This document shows, one piece after another, positions 13,101 to 28,100 of a stretch of 64,000 bases of DNA (its first letter is position 1; every line of letters begins with the position of its first letter). Location: assembly GCA_030141605.1 (NCBI GenBank), contig JAQGDQ010000067.1, positions 186,001-250,000 of the forward strand. The letters run 5' to 3'. Below the pieces are notes generated by a model that worked only from the letters and a program-made list of their open reading frames with translations, did not search any database and was not told where the DNA came from. Made by a program: the position numbers and the translations under genes. The DNA comes from Tubiluchus corallicola. Its lineage: Eukaryota > Animalia > Priapulida.

Positions 13101-16100
13101 TCATTTCCAGCATATCTGAAAAGATCGGCAGCAAGCTGGGTCCAGGGAAGTTTGGGAATATTATAAGTCAGCAGTAGTTCCTTTGACTGCTTCTTCTGGT
13201 ACTCATTGCAAGTATGACATCTGGACATGAAGTCTAATTTCGTGGTTCATTCCAGACCAGTAAATGACTCTGGCTTTCCTAAGATGTGCTTCAATTCTAT
13301 GGTTACTGGAGTGCACTCTCTTCAAACTTTCGGTCTTAACTGCTTAGGAATTACAATTCGTGTACCTCTGTAAACAATGTCGTCATTTGCAGTGATCATT
13401 TCTCTTTCAGATTAGAAGTCTCTGATATGCTCCAGGACATTATCAGGCCACCCAGTCATGGCAATGTTCTTCAGTAACTGCAACTGTTCGTCATTGCATG
13501 ATACTGTATTGTTTCAGTCTAGAATCTGAAACACGTAGTTCCTCCGTGTACTTTAAATACTCAGTTTTGTTATTCATGGTGTTCATCAAAATTGCATGTA
13601 GCTGCTAGTTCTCTGAGCTGGCTCTCTCATCTACAAACTCATTTGGGCTTTGGTCTGTTGTATTGAATACATATCTCTCGAAAATCACATTTTTTGTGGT
13701 TTGAAATCTGTTTCCAAAGCATCCAATATCTGGCTTACATATGCTGTCTGCTCTGCAGTAATGTCCAAATGCATGAGAATATTATAGCATCTTTTACCCA
13801 TCAAGGATAACAACGTAGCTATACATATACCCGTATAGCGTACACCCGTATACCTACTTCTTTTTGTCAAGGCCTGTAGTGATCTCATACTTTTGGTACA
13901 GGAAAACGTCCAGTTTTCACTTTCGTCACTGCCTTTGATATTCATCGGCGAAAGCACAGGAAAATTTGACACATTTGCCATTGTAATTCCCATTATTATT
14001 TATCATGCACCATACTGTACAGCCTGTGCATGTACATCACTGCGAGATAATGCTGTGCTTGTGACCTATCAGGGCTTTGGGCTCTGAGCTGTTCATTAAC
14101 GTTCTGTTACACATAACACTTCGCTACTCTGCAAGAACAATAGTGGCCCAGTGAAAGCCTTAACTGAAAAATGTTTATTGGCTGGTTGACTTTACACATC
14201 AAATTATCGTACCTGTAGCATAGAATCCATCTGCTGCTGCTTGCTTGTAATGCTAGGATTCTTCACGGGTAACAAAGTAACATTCGATGAAGTCCACCGT
14301 AAAACTTTTGCTTGTAAAATTTGCCGTTAAGTGCAAGTTCGTGTGAATGACATGACATTATTATACATATATATATATATATATTATATATATATAATAA
14401 TTATTAGCAACATGTAACTTTAACTGGTTTCTATAGCAAACTAGAATAACTAGAATTAGAATCTTAATTTCAAGATTACTAATCAATGATAGAATCATCC
14501 TTACATAATAATTTGTGATCAGTGAATATGTAACAATTTATAACTACATACAGCTCACTCAGATTTTAATTATATCGCAAAAGTTAATTAGTAATTAAAC
14601 TAACACTTTGAAATGTTAGACTGTTGGTGAGCTATTAGGATTGATTAAGATCTGCCTTGGTTGCAAAGTGCTGTGCAGTTACAGACTTGTAAACCAAAAT
14701 TTTTTGTATAAATCAATGTTCAATTATGGCCTTTTCAACTTTTTGGTCAAATAGGGTGTAAAAAATTCTATAATTTTAGGTCTTGATTCAGCTTCCTCAG
14801 TCAGTCTTAGTTATGTGTAACACTTTTTATGTTTTTAAGCATGCTTTGGAAGATGCTGAACAGTTAGAAAATGGAGGTGAATATCTCATTCAGAACGATC
14901 ACTATGCCATTGACAGTATTCAACCAAAATGTTCTGAACTTAGCTCAATGAGGACTAATTTGCATGCTACGTATAAAGAAAAACTTGAAATGTTACGAAG
15001 GTCTAAAGATCTGCATGAAAGAATTGAAAAGGTAATTCAATTCTAAAATGGCAATTTTACTATGTAGTTGCTTTTTAACTGGGCCACATTGACTTTTGTA
15101 CATTTAAAAATAACTTCTTGTGGTGTGCTACTAAAACAGAATCTTGTAAAAAAGCAAATAGTTGTTTGTTATTGAGTACTATTATTAAATATTAATTTTA
15201 TTTCTACACATGAACACACATACGAGCAAACATATATGCACTCAAGCGTACACACACACACGTGCACACCCTCGTAAAAAAGCATGTACTTATATTTAGA
15301 AACCTGTTTTCACAAAAGACACAATACTAATCCATAATATCCAATCATTTTATAAGAATGCAGAATAATCAACTAAACATACATTCCATCTACAAGTGAT
15401 TTTGCTTGGGAACAGCACTATAATGACCCAAAAAATTAAGACAGTGGAAAATTTGTATAAATCAGTATAAATAAATTTTCAATCTAAAACTGAATACTAC
15501 AATTATACTCCTCAAACAAGACAAGAAAATAGCAGATAAGGAAAATGGCCAGAATAAATTGTCAAATTGCAAAATCTATGCAAGTGGATCCACTCAGAAT
15601 TGATTCATGGGGCTTTAACAGTTTTAATGTTTGTTTTCTCTTTTTTACTATGATAATGACATAGTAAGCATTGAAAATTTGTTAAAAATAAGTGCTTTTA
15701 AGAGCTGTATAGTTATGTCTGCATCATCTTCCTGCCTTTCAGTTTACTGATTAAATTGTAAATAAGTAGTAAGCACCTGGAACTAACATAAAAAACTTGA
15801 TCATTCAGGCAAACAGTTGGTGTACAAGAGGAATAGATCTGTTAGCAACTCAGCAAGTAGAACGATGCCACACTGTAGATTCTGCAAGAGTTGCCGTGCA
15901 ACAGATTGAGGAGTTCATGGACTCGGCACATGGTATCAAGTTTGACAACCCAACTGAATTTCATAAAATTTTTGAGAAGATTGTCACACCTGAAACCAAG
16001 GCACTAGTGCAACAGGTGAAGTTATTAAACAAACAGAAAATATGTGCACAACAAATTTATTTGAATACTTGCTAAAGGTAAAAGCATTTACTCACTGTTA

Positions 16101-19100
16101 AGTATTGTAGTAAAATAAAAAGAGGTTCCACAAAATTGACGTATGCTATATGTAAAAAAAGCTGCTGAAATTGCACTAGAGAGACTGTACCATAATAAGC
16201 AAAAAGCAAAAAATTGGCCTACAACAGAGTCACAGCATCGATTGGGCTCATTAAATGCATTCAATGCACTATTTTTAAATCAGGTGTTGAAAAGAATGGA
16301 GGATGTACAAGTGATGCTTGAGAAAAGAAAAAAGGTTGTGCAACGAGTAGTCGAAAGACCCACTAGAATTGTGCAGCCTGTGGTGCTTGACAAACAACAA
16401 AAGAAAATATCTAGTGCTGCTAAGGTAAGCTTTAACTCGACATGTGTGACCGTGCATAGCAAAACAGTCCATAGTGCGCTAATTTAGTTATGGAGCTAGT
16501 AGGCTACCCGAGTCCTCATCGGATTAGTTTGTAAACTGCTGTTTTTTTGCAGAAATGCTGTAGAAAATGCATAAACAAAAGCCTTAAATTTTGCAAGCAT
16601 CTCTGTCATTTTTACCCAATAAGAATCGGGAGATCGCGGGTTATGTCATTTTTGGCCAATCAGAGGCATTAACGTCGCGCGACGTAGTCATCACGTGACG
16701 TCGAGTGCAAAGCAATCCCCAGCAATGCCAGTATCAACAAAGTCGAGACAGAAGTGGGAAGAACATTGAACTTGCATTTAAAAATGAACGGATTTACCTC
16801 TTCTTACATTGTTATTATGATTGTTATTAGTTTAGATTTTTTGTAGTAACAGTGATTTGCATTTCATATGTGAATTACAGGTTTTCAGCATTCTTTTCAG
16901 TAACATGTAGGCAAACACATGTACTTGAATACTTTCCTATAGTTTTCTCTAATATGTACGATTCAAGTCTTTGGCTGCTTTAGGCCCCATGTGTTTATCA
17001 ACACAAATACTGTATTATCAAAATTTTTGGTGGGGTCTTTGTGAGCAGAAAGACTTCTCAGAAGTGCTAGAATAAAGCTTGGGGTTATAAGACTCATGAA
17101 AATAAGACTCCTCAAGACAGTTACGTATGCCTTTCAAAATATTAGTAATAATGATAAATAAAAAGTGTTGCAGCAATAATAAAAATTGTTGTACAAAACC
17201 TTCTCTTCAATTTTTATCATTTTGTTGTGTATATTTTTTGTGATAATTTTTTCTATGAGTTAACTACTTAGTTTTCTCCCTTTTCAAAGACACATGTCTT
17301 TTCCGACTTGTAGTAATAATTATCACACCTGTAATTAGCATTTTTGGTGACTGATTTAGCTGAAATGGCACTAACATACAGAAATAGCGGGACTACATGA
17401 CAAACATGTGCAGTTACAGTATAGGTACTATAGCTACATACAAAAACCTGATGTCTGTATATGCGTGAAAAAGAAGTAACACATTTTCTACCTACATGAT
17501 GTTATACCTGGAATTATTTGTGGTGGGTATCTGAAATGACACTGAATTCTGAAAACTGCCTTTATACAGTACTAGTACCATCAAGGGAATGCTAACATTT
17601 TACTTGTCACTTATAATTATAAAGCTAAGCATAACATAGTCATAACAAGTATCTCAGCTGGTAAAAATGATACCTGTAATTACCAATGTTAATAATTTAC
17701 CTGTTTAAAACAAATTTTATAATATCAAAAGTGTTCAAGTCGATTTAATTTCTCATAAGTTTACAACTATCTAAACTGTGTACAAAAATCAAAAATAACT
17801 ACGTAATTGTGACGTTAAAGTTGGAAATGTTGGATTTGTATCACTTGTAATTACCCTGAGTTGTTAGTATACCTGGAAATGATAACCTGGAGCATGTTTA
17901 CAACAATGTACTTAAATAGCAGATTATTTATAAAATGGGCATAGTTATTCTCATATGTTTTTTTTTTCAGTTTTATTAGCAGTATAGACCAACTCTTTTA
18001 ATTGTCTCACCTGTAATTAATTTTCTTTACCTGGCAAACACAAACACTCCAAAGATACTCTGCTGATATATTTGTTTATAAGTTATACAAAAATTTTAAA
18101 AAGACGAAAACAAACATATTATTGGTAACATAAAAAAATTTTAAACTCTCGTGTGATAAAATTAATTACTATAACTTACCTTTAATTAAATTAACAAAGG
18201 TAGCACAGGTAAATAACAAAGGTACTCAAAATTCATCAAAAAGAGGTACAATTGATATACTTGCATACGAGCTGACAGAAAGGAAATTATACTTAATAGT
18301 ACTCTCCCAAACCCCATAGTAACCAATACCTTCCTCAGTTGCTATGTAAATTTACTGAAAACAGTAACACAAACTTTGCAAGCCATTTTCTCCCAATTTT
18401 AATTTTGAATTTTTCGCCATCCACTATAAATGCCAATATCTTTGTTCAGAAACAACCTAGAGAGCTGAAACTGGTACCAAAATGATCAGCATGAACAGTA
18501 GAATATGAACATGCATATAATTAAAAATTAAAAATTGATACCTAGGAAATGATACCTGGATGGTTTTGCTATGACATACATACCCCATTACTCATATATT
18601 ATACATTGCTTACTAAATATGATGATTGTTTAGATTATTATCAAATGATTATATTCTTGAGGCTAACAGATTGGCTGTGCTTGATTGTGCTGGCACCGAA
18701 ATTATTTTCAGTCTAAAAGAAAATAGAAAAGCATGTTTTTACAGAATTGTAGAGGTGCATTTTCTAGTTTCGATTTGACTTTAATGAATCAAGCAAAAGC
18801 TGCAGCCATTTTTAGAAGTGAAAGCAAGCTGTCAGCATACCGAAAAGATAATGGCTGGCAAATTGTTTTACGGCATATACGAACTCTAAAAAGTAGATTT
18901 AAGTAAGTGTCTTAATATAAACATTTTGAGAAATTAATACTTTGATTCTAAAGCATTTACACCCAAGAAATTATTTCTCTCATTTTTATCTTTAAAGTGG
19001 TCCTCTTCATTTCACATGAAAGCACCAAAGAGACATTGCAAGACACCTCGTCTTGATGATGTGCTGATCCTGGCTATTTGTATCATAGAGGAAGGGTGTG

Positions 19101-22100
19101 GTTAATATAGCTGTACCAGTTCAGTAGTTCACCCTAGAGGCATTGCCCTGACATAATTCAGTACCTGGTCTTGCCATTTCAGTAAGGCCTGCTTTGAATG
19201 TTGGATCTCCAGTTATAAGACTCCGATTTATAGCTTTCCTTTCTGTAACTACGCCAATATTCGAGCAAGCCTACATGAGCAACTTCATTTTTTGGCTTTT
19301 TAGTTCACATTTAGTAATGCCCAATGCTAACGCTTGTGTGTTGCAGACTACCTAGTGCTCAACTATGTTAAACTGACAGTACCTGTTTTTCAGTACAAAA
19401 ATTCAGCAGTTTGAGAGTTACCATAAACAGAAGAAGCAATGCTATTATAAACCTGACAGAGCAATTTATTTGGTATTTTTCAGCTAACACCGTTCCATAG
19501 CCAAGTATAGTCTGTAAAAAAGGAAACAGATATATTAAATAGCAAGCCTTACAACAAATTGATCAAATGTTAAACATTCAATACCACTAGTAAATAGGAA
19601 GAAAATAACATGACCAAAGTGACCAAACATAAAGAACCACATCAACAAAAGTGATCATCCAAGAGCAGTGAATGGAGAAAACTCTCACAACATGAAAAGC
19701 CATTTAAAAAGCCATACTGTAGTAGGAATTCCTAAAAAAAGAATGCATTCTTCAAATAATACAGACAAAATTAAGGCCTGCCTCCACCTTGATTTAAATT
19801 TAGTGTGAAATCACTTTCTTCTCTATATTTCTTCTTCTTCGTTATGGTATTATAAAGTGAGATGAAAAAATTGGATAGCACATGGTTTTTGTTGTATATT
19901 GGAATTTTTATTTATGTTGCAGATACCAGTAGATGCCATTCAAAGGACTGATAGCCCTGAACGAATTGGATTTACTAGTGACTGTGATGTTAATTTTGAC
20001 ATCACATTAGTTAATCCTGACCCAGATATGGTGCAAGCAAAAAGAAGGTAAAACACTGCTGTCAAGAAGAGGCACCTTATATAATCTTAAATTTCTCCAT
20101 TAAATGCTATTTTACTGATTTCCTTAGTACAGGAGCTCAATTAATCCCATTGATATTAACCATGACACTTTCAAGTGTTTCAGAATGTCGATATTGTACC
20201 CAAAATCATTGGTTCAATGGAGTCAGTAAAATAAAGTAACAAACAATAGATTTTAATACTGTATACAGGTTAATTTTGTGAACCAAATAGTTTATTTAAA
20301 TAAGATATTGTTTTTAATATCGTGTGATTAGACTTAAATCAGCAAGATCATAACTTTTGTGCATTGAAAATGAAAGCATCTTTTTCCTTAACAATACTTC
20401 TCAAAATGGCCATAAAACTAAAAATGGAAGAGACGGTAACATTTTTTTCTGCCCCAATGCTGACTAGTGCCATTAAAATAAATAAACATACTTTCGAGAA
20501 AGAAAGTTTAGAACGAAATAAATTTAGATGCCATTTATTCCTTTTAACACAGAATGAGAGAGAGAACAGCAGTTGTCTTTTAACATAAAACTGTTATGAA
20601 TAAAATTTAATTCTAATCTAATTTGTTTACTTGGGATTATGTGGAGTGCAATACAATGCTCTCCCCCTTTATGGAGAACTTTCCACACAAATTATACAGT
20701 TAAACAGCACATCAGTCTATGCTAACAAACTAGACTTAAGAAAGCAAGTCAACTAATTAACTTTCAAACAATATGTTGAGTACAATAAGTATGAACCTTT
20801 AAACCCGGTAAACAGGGTAAAGTATGAACACTAACTAATCCAAAGTTTTAAAAAACTCTCTTGCCTTTGTGGCGGCAGGCCATCCAGTGCACTTACAAAT
20901 CTTCTTTTGTTCATAAGAGTTAGTGTAGTGCTTCTCAGCAAAAATTTCTGAATCTACATCATCAGATGCAATGGCAGCTTCAGCAGTAAATAGACTCTGA
21001 GTAGAACTGTTAGGCATAAGAATTTGTGCTGCACGCACTTGCTCATCACGACCAAAAATGAGTTTCACAAGCTTCCCTAGCTTCTACTGACCTCTAGGAA
21101 GGTTTTCTTTCACTAACACAATTTTACGAACTTTAATATAATCAGTATACATGTTTCTAAGTTTCTTAACACATTGAAATTCATGCAAATGAATCAAATA
21201 TTCAGTCTTCCAGACAGACCAAAAGGTTTGTAATACATGATGTCTATGTTTCAAACGTGAAAGTAAGTGCTCAACATTACTTTGCTTTAAAACATTAAAA
21301 TCATCCTCGAATTTTGGCAAACAAGATAGTTGCAAGTCCTTGCACATAATAAAAAGTACTCCTCACTACCTAATAAAAAGTTATTAGGAGTAAAAGAAAA
21401 CCCGTCCCCAACATCTGAATACACAAACGTCAGGGGCCTATTATTCCACACTGCCTCAATTTCAGTAATGAAAGTTTTCGCAACAGATTTATACAGTGCC
21501 CACTTGACTAAACCTACCAAGCGGCATGTTCTACATTAAATATCCAACGTATGCCTTTGGAGGATACAAAATTCTGTACAAGCACATTATCAAAGGATTG
21601 ACACCACAATATGTGAAGAAAAACCTTTGAAATCTTGAAGTACTTAGGATTGTTCAGGTGTCAAGTCCTTTACCAACTCAAGGTGCAATGCTTATGTGAC
21701 AGCACATGTAAAAAGGCAAATATATTATTTTTGTTCATTACCAAAACCTATATCTTTGCAAAACAGACGCTTAAGATAGTCCACAGGAGTAATAAGAACT
21801 AGGAGCAATTGTAATATGCAAAAAAGGCAACGGAGGAATAGACGGACATTGGTAAAAATTAAACACCTATCCAAGACCTTTTTCACCTGACGTCTGCCCT
21901 CTGGAATCCAATAATTTTGGTGAGAAGAACCCAGAGTGTGCCTAACTCTTTGACGGAAGCTCTTTTCATGAAAGTCGTCAACAACTAAATTTGTGAAATA
22001 ATTCATTGTATCAGCTAAAACACCAGAGTTTTGCAAACGACACTACATATAATAAGATTCCCTCATCTTTGTAAGCATTTAACTGGGCAAAACGACCACT

Positions 22101-25100
22101 CTTTCTGTTTTTTATAGGTCAATAATATCCTCTTCAAATCCTATGGACTGTCTGTATGTACAATATGTACAAATCCATATGTACAAATGAAAGCCATAGC
22201 TTTAACGCACCTACCAACTCATCAGGTGACAGAATATCACTACAACATATAGACTTTTTATGAATACGCTGCAAAAAATGAGAAATCCAAGCCGTAACTC
22301 TAATAAGCTTAAACAAAGAATTGAATCTCTGAACACTAATCGAGTACTGTGTACTGCTCAACACAAGTATGCTAGATAAACCAGCTGTAGTCTTCTTTTC
22401 AGCCTGTACTGCTTCAAACATAGCCTTGACTAACCTTGATTCTGGAAAGCTGTCTCTTTCATCTTGAAGACATGGTGGACCATGTACTCAAATAGTTGAA
22501 GAAATCAGTTCTTCAGCCCGTACCCCCTGTGGTAAGAACAGCAGGGTTTCATTACCTGGACAGAAAGACCAGGTAGATGGATCATTTAACTCATGGATCT
22601 CAGAAACTCTATTACAAACAAATAGCTTCCACCGATGAGGGTCTCCTTTAATCCAAGACAATGCTACTTGAGAATAAGTCTAACAGTATATTTTGACCTG
22701 ATTAGAAAGATGAAGGATGATGTTGTGAACAAACTTAACTAAGAGTGCAGCAATTAAACTGCCAAGCAACTCTAATCTGGGTAATGCAACTTTCTTAAGA
22801 GATGCCACCCTAGCTTTTGCTATAACAAGTGATGATTCACTCCCTTATACCTAACGAGAGAACTCTTATATATTTTTGTTATATTTTATTGCTTACATTC
22901 CTTGGTTTTCCCATACATGATCGAAACCTATTAAGCTCAATACACCTCTCACATTACAGCACCATATATATATATATATATATATATAGTATACATACTA
23001 CAGCACCATAACCCTTTAGCGATGCATCACGAAATGCATGTAATTGAATATCTGCATCTACAAGATCTGACCGCTGATTTCCACTAAAGAAACGCCTCGG
23101 AATGTGCCAACTACTGAGTGTGCAAAGAAAGTTAATCAATTTTTCCAAGCGCACAAACTGTTCACCTGGTATGTTGACTTTCGATTCAATCCCCAACTGC
23201 CATAACTCTTGAAACAGACATTTTGCAAACTTTGTGTAAGGTCTAATAAGACAACTGGGATCGAATATCCGAGCAAAGCCACTAAGATCAACTTGCTTTG
23301 TAACATTATCCTGTGGCACACTCAAAGAACAGGCAAAGCAAAAACAGTCATCATCTACAGACAGTAAACCTAAAATTTTTGAAGTGTGTGTTTGCAACAC
23401 CAAACCTTCAGTTTTATTGACAAGATCTTTGAGCAAGACAGAATTAGATGTCCATTTACCAAGTACCATTTACCAGCCTTTAACGTGATACTGTGTACTT
23501 CATCCAACAGGTAACAAGCCTGAGATTCACTATCAGCTCCGGACAACCAATCATCAACATATAAATTTTATTGCAACTCCCGTACAACAACTGCAGATTG
23601 ATCAAACTTAGAAGAATGATGTTTGATGGTCGTATTAAGTAAAAATGGACTATAGCATACACCAAATGTTACAGTATTGGACCTAATTACAGCAGCTTTT
23701 ATCACCTATGTACCAAAGAAACTGGTGAATATCCTTATCAGCCATTAGTTGTCTAATTTGAAAAGTTGATATATAACTATCCCATTACTGTCATGGGGTA
23801 GCAAATGTAGCGATATTTCTAGAATTGACTATTAAATTAATGTCTTTTTGACGTGTGTAATTTTAGAGGCAGAAAATATAGGAAGATGGGTGAGCTATTA
23901 GGAAGGACTGAAGAAAGAAAAAGAGAAAAACTCAATCTTATTTAAACTATTTTATAAAGTGTGCATAATGCTTAGCAGAATGTATTACTTCACTGTGTAT
24001 ATTTAACTTGCATAATATGTTATTTTAATCTTTCAACAAAATTTAAACTCTGCAATGAATAAAAACAAAATCAAACTGACATGTGTCAAATAGTCCGTGT
24101 ATACAGAAACGCACGGCTCATATCAACTTTACGAAGAGGCTAATTAAAGGCCAATGCATATGAAGTCAGGTGATAAAGCCAGCATAAAACTATATAATGC
24201 AACCATGTAGGTAACCTACAGATAGACGTGACTGGATTATTTATGAGCAACAGAGAATATAAAAAATAAACTAAATGTATTTAGAGCAAAAGAAAAAGAT
24301 TTTGCAGGAGAAAACTGCAACGTTAATCAAAATATAAAAATGAAAAATAATTTCAAAAATCAAGAATTAAACTCACGGCCCATGCATCGTGACATCGAGG
24401 CCAATTAAAGGCCAATGCATATGAAGTCAGGTGATCAAGCCAGCATAAAACTATATAATGAAACCATGTAGGTAACCTACAGATAGACGTGCCTGGATTA
24501 TTTATGAGCAACAGAAAATATAAAATAAACTAAATGTGTTTAGAGCAAAAGGCAAAGATTTTGAAGGAGAAAACTGCAATGTGAATCGAAATATAAAAAT
24601 GAAAAATAATTACAAAAATCAAGAATTATACTTGACCGCCCATGCATCGTGGCATCATGGGTATAGGTGGCGCTTTTGAATTGTGTGCTGCAAGAATGAA
24701 ATCTTGTGCCTGCTCTATCATGTTGAACTGATAAGTGGGGTGGCAGAGCATTAAAGGTCTAATCACTGGTCTCTGGTTCAAGTTCCAGTTATTATTACTA
24801 TGAATCTTTTATTCAAAATACAATATACAAATAATAACACGTTTATACAAACACAGAAATATACAAAGCTTAAAATTCTACCTAGCCCTCTATTTGCAGG
24901 GCAATATTGACAATAGTTAGAGAGACGAATTTCATCATTGCTAAACAATAGCAGAAAATATGTGCTAAAGTTCCCAACTGGTTAACAATTTCTCAACATC
25001 TCGTTTCTTTAACTCATTAACTGCGATGGGTAATAATTGTCGTCAAATAAACAGCAACGGCTTATGAGCATTCTGGCATTCACAATCATAATCTAATTAA

Positions 25101-28100
25101 TGATATCGTTAATTGCCAGCTAATTTGAAAAAGTTGATACCATGAGTATCCTCTTTCTGTCATGGATACAGGTGGTGCTGTTGGACTGTGTGTTACAAAG
25201 ATGAAATCTTAGGTGCGCTCTGTCATGTTGAACTGGTAGTTCAGGTGGTAGAGCATGGAAGGTCTAATCCTAGGTCTCGGGTTCAAGTATCGACTAGTTC
25301 ACAGCTCATTATCCGCGACTAGCTTACAGCTCATTATCCGCAATGGGTAGTAATTGTTGTGACATAAATAGTAATGGCTTATGAACATTCACATTCCACT
25401 GTCATAATTTAATTAAAGATTTAGGCTGTGTTCAATAATTTTCTGTAACTAAGCATATAAACCTGCCCATAATGTTTATGTGCCCAGTAACAAAAGCAAA
25501 TGTCGCTGTTAGTGCTAGGACATTCGTCTACACTGATCACGTTCGTAATTTCTTTCATGGGCGCCGGCAGGCGGACGCACTGATGCACGTGCGTCCACAT
25601 AATTTCTTAAGAAATTTTTTATGGCTATATAATTTTTTAACGGTAAACCAAAAAGCACATCACCCTTGTTTGTTTGTGCAATCGCAGAGCAGTCAGCTGA
25701 TTTCCAGAGTGAAGTTATGTTTATGTGTATCACGTAGAGTCGATTCTCTTATCGATTTCCGTTGTCTAGACAGTTTTTAGCTAACTGTAACTGCACTTCT
25801 GAATTTAGGGGTTGGGCCCAAGGGGCCTGCCTACCCCCCCCCCCCCTTCACGTTTGTAGTGAAATTATGAGTCACGAGTTTGAGGTGACACTATGAGTTT
25901 TAAACTAGTAAACTTGCCTGAGGAAATAGCTTCTAGCAACCGCAAAATGGACTAAAACGCAGTAAAATTGCATTTAGCTGTATCCAGAGGGAAAAATTAG
26001 CACGCACGCAAACATATTAAATTTTGTATGAACAGTTGGTGGGCTGTAAACTTAACAGTCTCAAATCAGTTTTATATTTAACTATCCACATTTTGCTGGA
26101 TAGATAACCTTGACACTAAATAAATTAAGCTTATATAGGTAATGGGTCATCCGCATTTCAGTGTATTACGAACTTGTTTTTAAGATATATGACTACTACA
26201 ATAAAATACAATGACTATTGCCTAGGTAAACGTAGGTAAAATATATTTATTAAAGCAGAATTTTTCCCGTTTGAGGAAGTCTGTGTACCATAATTTACAT
26301 CTCATTTGACGCCTCCAAATTATGCTTAAATACAGGAAAATGTGTTGGTGGCATTTTCACCCGGACCCCCTAGCTGCTTGTGCGTCAAAATTTCTAACCT
26401 CTGACGGCGCCCATGATTTCGTTTGTGCTACATAACCTACGCAGAAACCAGCACAGTAAATTTAGAAAGACTGTATGTATTTAGATTTGATATGCGTTAA
26501 GGAGTGTGCTCTTGCACAGGAAGCCTTCAAGGCAGACTATTGATTGACGGAGCCATGTACACAGAAATTCAAACGAAAGCATGTCTACTGTGTGAGTCCG
26601 TGTAATGTTCAGTTTTAGCTTCATATGCGTTATTTCCTACGTTGTGCAGATTTTGCAGATGCATATCTGAATTTCCTGTTAGAGACATTTGACGCTTTGA
26701 TAAACATTGACTTTCCCTGGTCATTTGATTATAGTGCTGACTATTAACGATGTCTCAATTGATTTTAGCTTTCCGGGACGTGTGTAAGAACAATGCATTG
26801 AGTGTAATGCGTACTCAAGCATCCGTCAACTAATTGGCTTGAAACATATTGTACAGCTAGTATATTATCTTTGGAGCGATTTCTGTAAAGAACATACTAG
26901 CTCGAATTAATGCTGCAACCAACCTAAGTGTATACTAAAATTGTAACCACCTTACCGTTACGACTAGACTGCATTTAGCATAATCTGTCATTTTTATGGT
27001 AACCTTTACAATATTTGCGCTTCATTGGAGCACCATTGAGCGCTTGTTTGCTTGCACGCGATAACTGCGATAACCTACAGCCTCGTGCATACCATGTTGA
27101 TATATTTTCCTTCTGTTTGATATCGTGTCTCTCTCTTCCGCAAAACATGGTAGTTGCGGAAACTCGCAGAGTGTATTACTGCGATTGTTTATCATAGCTA
27201 CATGTTTAAACTGTTTTAATCATTATGGAATCGTCGCGTTTTATGATATTTACGGTGCACTTTAACGCGAGTCTGGCTCTCTGTGGCAGTTAGTGTGTTG
27301 TCACTAATGATAAAAAATATAAGTGTGGCGTTATTATTGCAATCAGACAGTCCTGGTTGTTACTGAATCGCGCTGACGAGGCTAAGGTCATCATGACGCA
27401 GGAATCGAAGTCTTCCACTCATCCCTTGACTGTTTTGTGCTTAATTTTCTGGGCATTGTTCAGGCTTATGTACAACTGTGTGTCAATAATAATGCATGCT
27501 TTACCACCATTATTAACGTCTGTGAAAGGAGGCCTTCCACAGTTGACGCAGCAACCTAAAGTTGCCGAAGCGTCACTCCGACCAGAAGTCAGGTTTGTAT
27601 GACATGTAGCCTATTCTTGATTTTGTGTGTGTGTGTGTGTGCGTGCGTGCGCGGGTGTGTGTGCATGCATGTGTTCATGCATATTCGTGTGTGTGTGCGT
27701 GTGCACTTGCGTGCGCATGCATGTGTGCATATTTGTGTGTGTGTGTGCGTGCGTGCGTGTGTGTGTGTTCTCTATTGTCTTTTGATTTCATTATTAATTC
27801 GATTATTTTTAGTTTGTTTTTATCCTTATTGCCGGATCTTAAATTTCTGGATGGCATGTATGTTTTAATCAGTTCTACAAGAAAGTATCTTTACCCATTT
27901 ACATTTAAATGGACTTGACCATGCAGAGTTTTGAGTTTGATTCTAGGTTGTACCAGAAGCCAGTGCAGCTCCGTAATGTTTGAGTTATGTGACCCCCTTT
28001 GCGCAAATGCACGATCACTATTTACACAGTTTTTATTTTTTTTGTAGTTTGTTTACAGTTTTGTAAAACGTTTAACAGCAATACACTGCAGTAGTCTAGC

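Noticed and set aside
17100-18590. Region with recurring TACCTG motifs ending TTTTGCTATGACATACATACCCC
   Set aside because: Probably an old non-autonomous DNA transposon, but I could not fix matching termini or a TSD.
19394-19472. Possible phase 2/0 exon bridging 18902 to 19923
   Set aside because: Weak TTG|GTATTT donor and no homology. If real, it would make 18745-18902 an in-frame cassette rather than a mutually exclusive exon.
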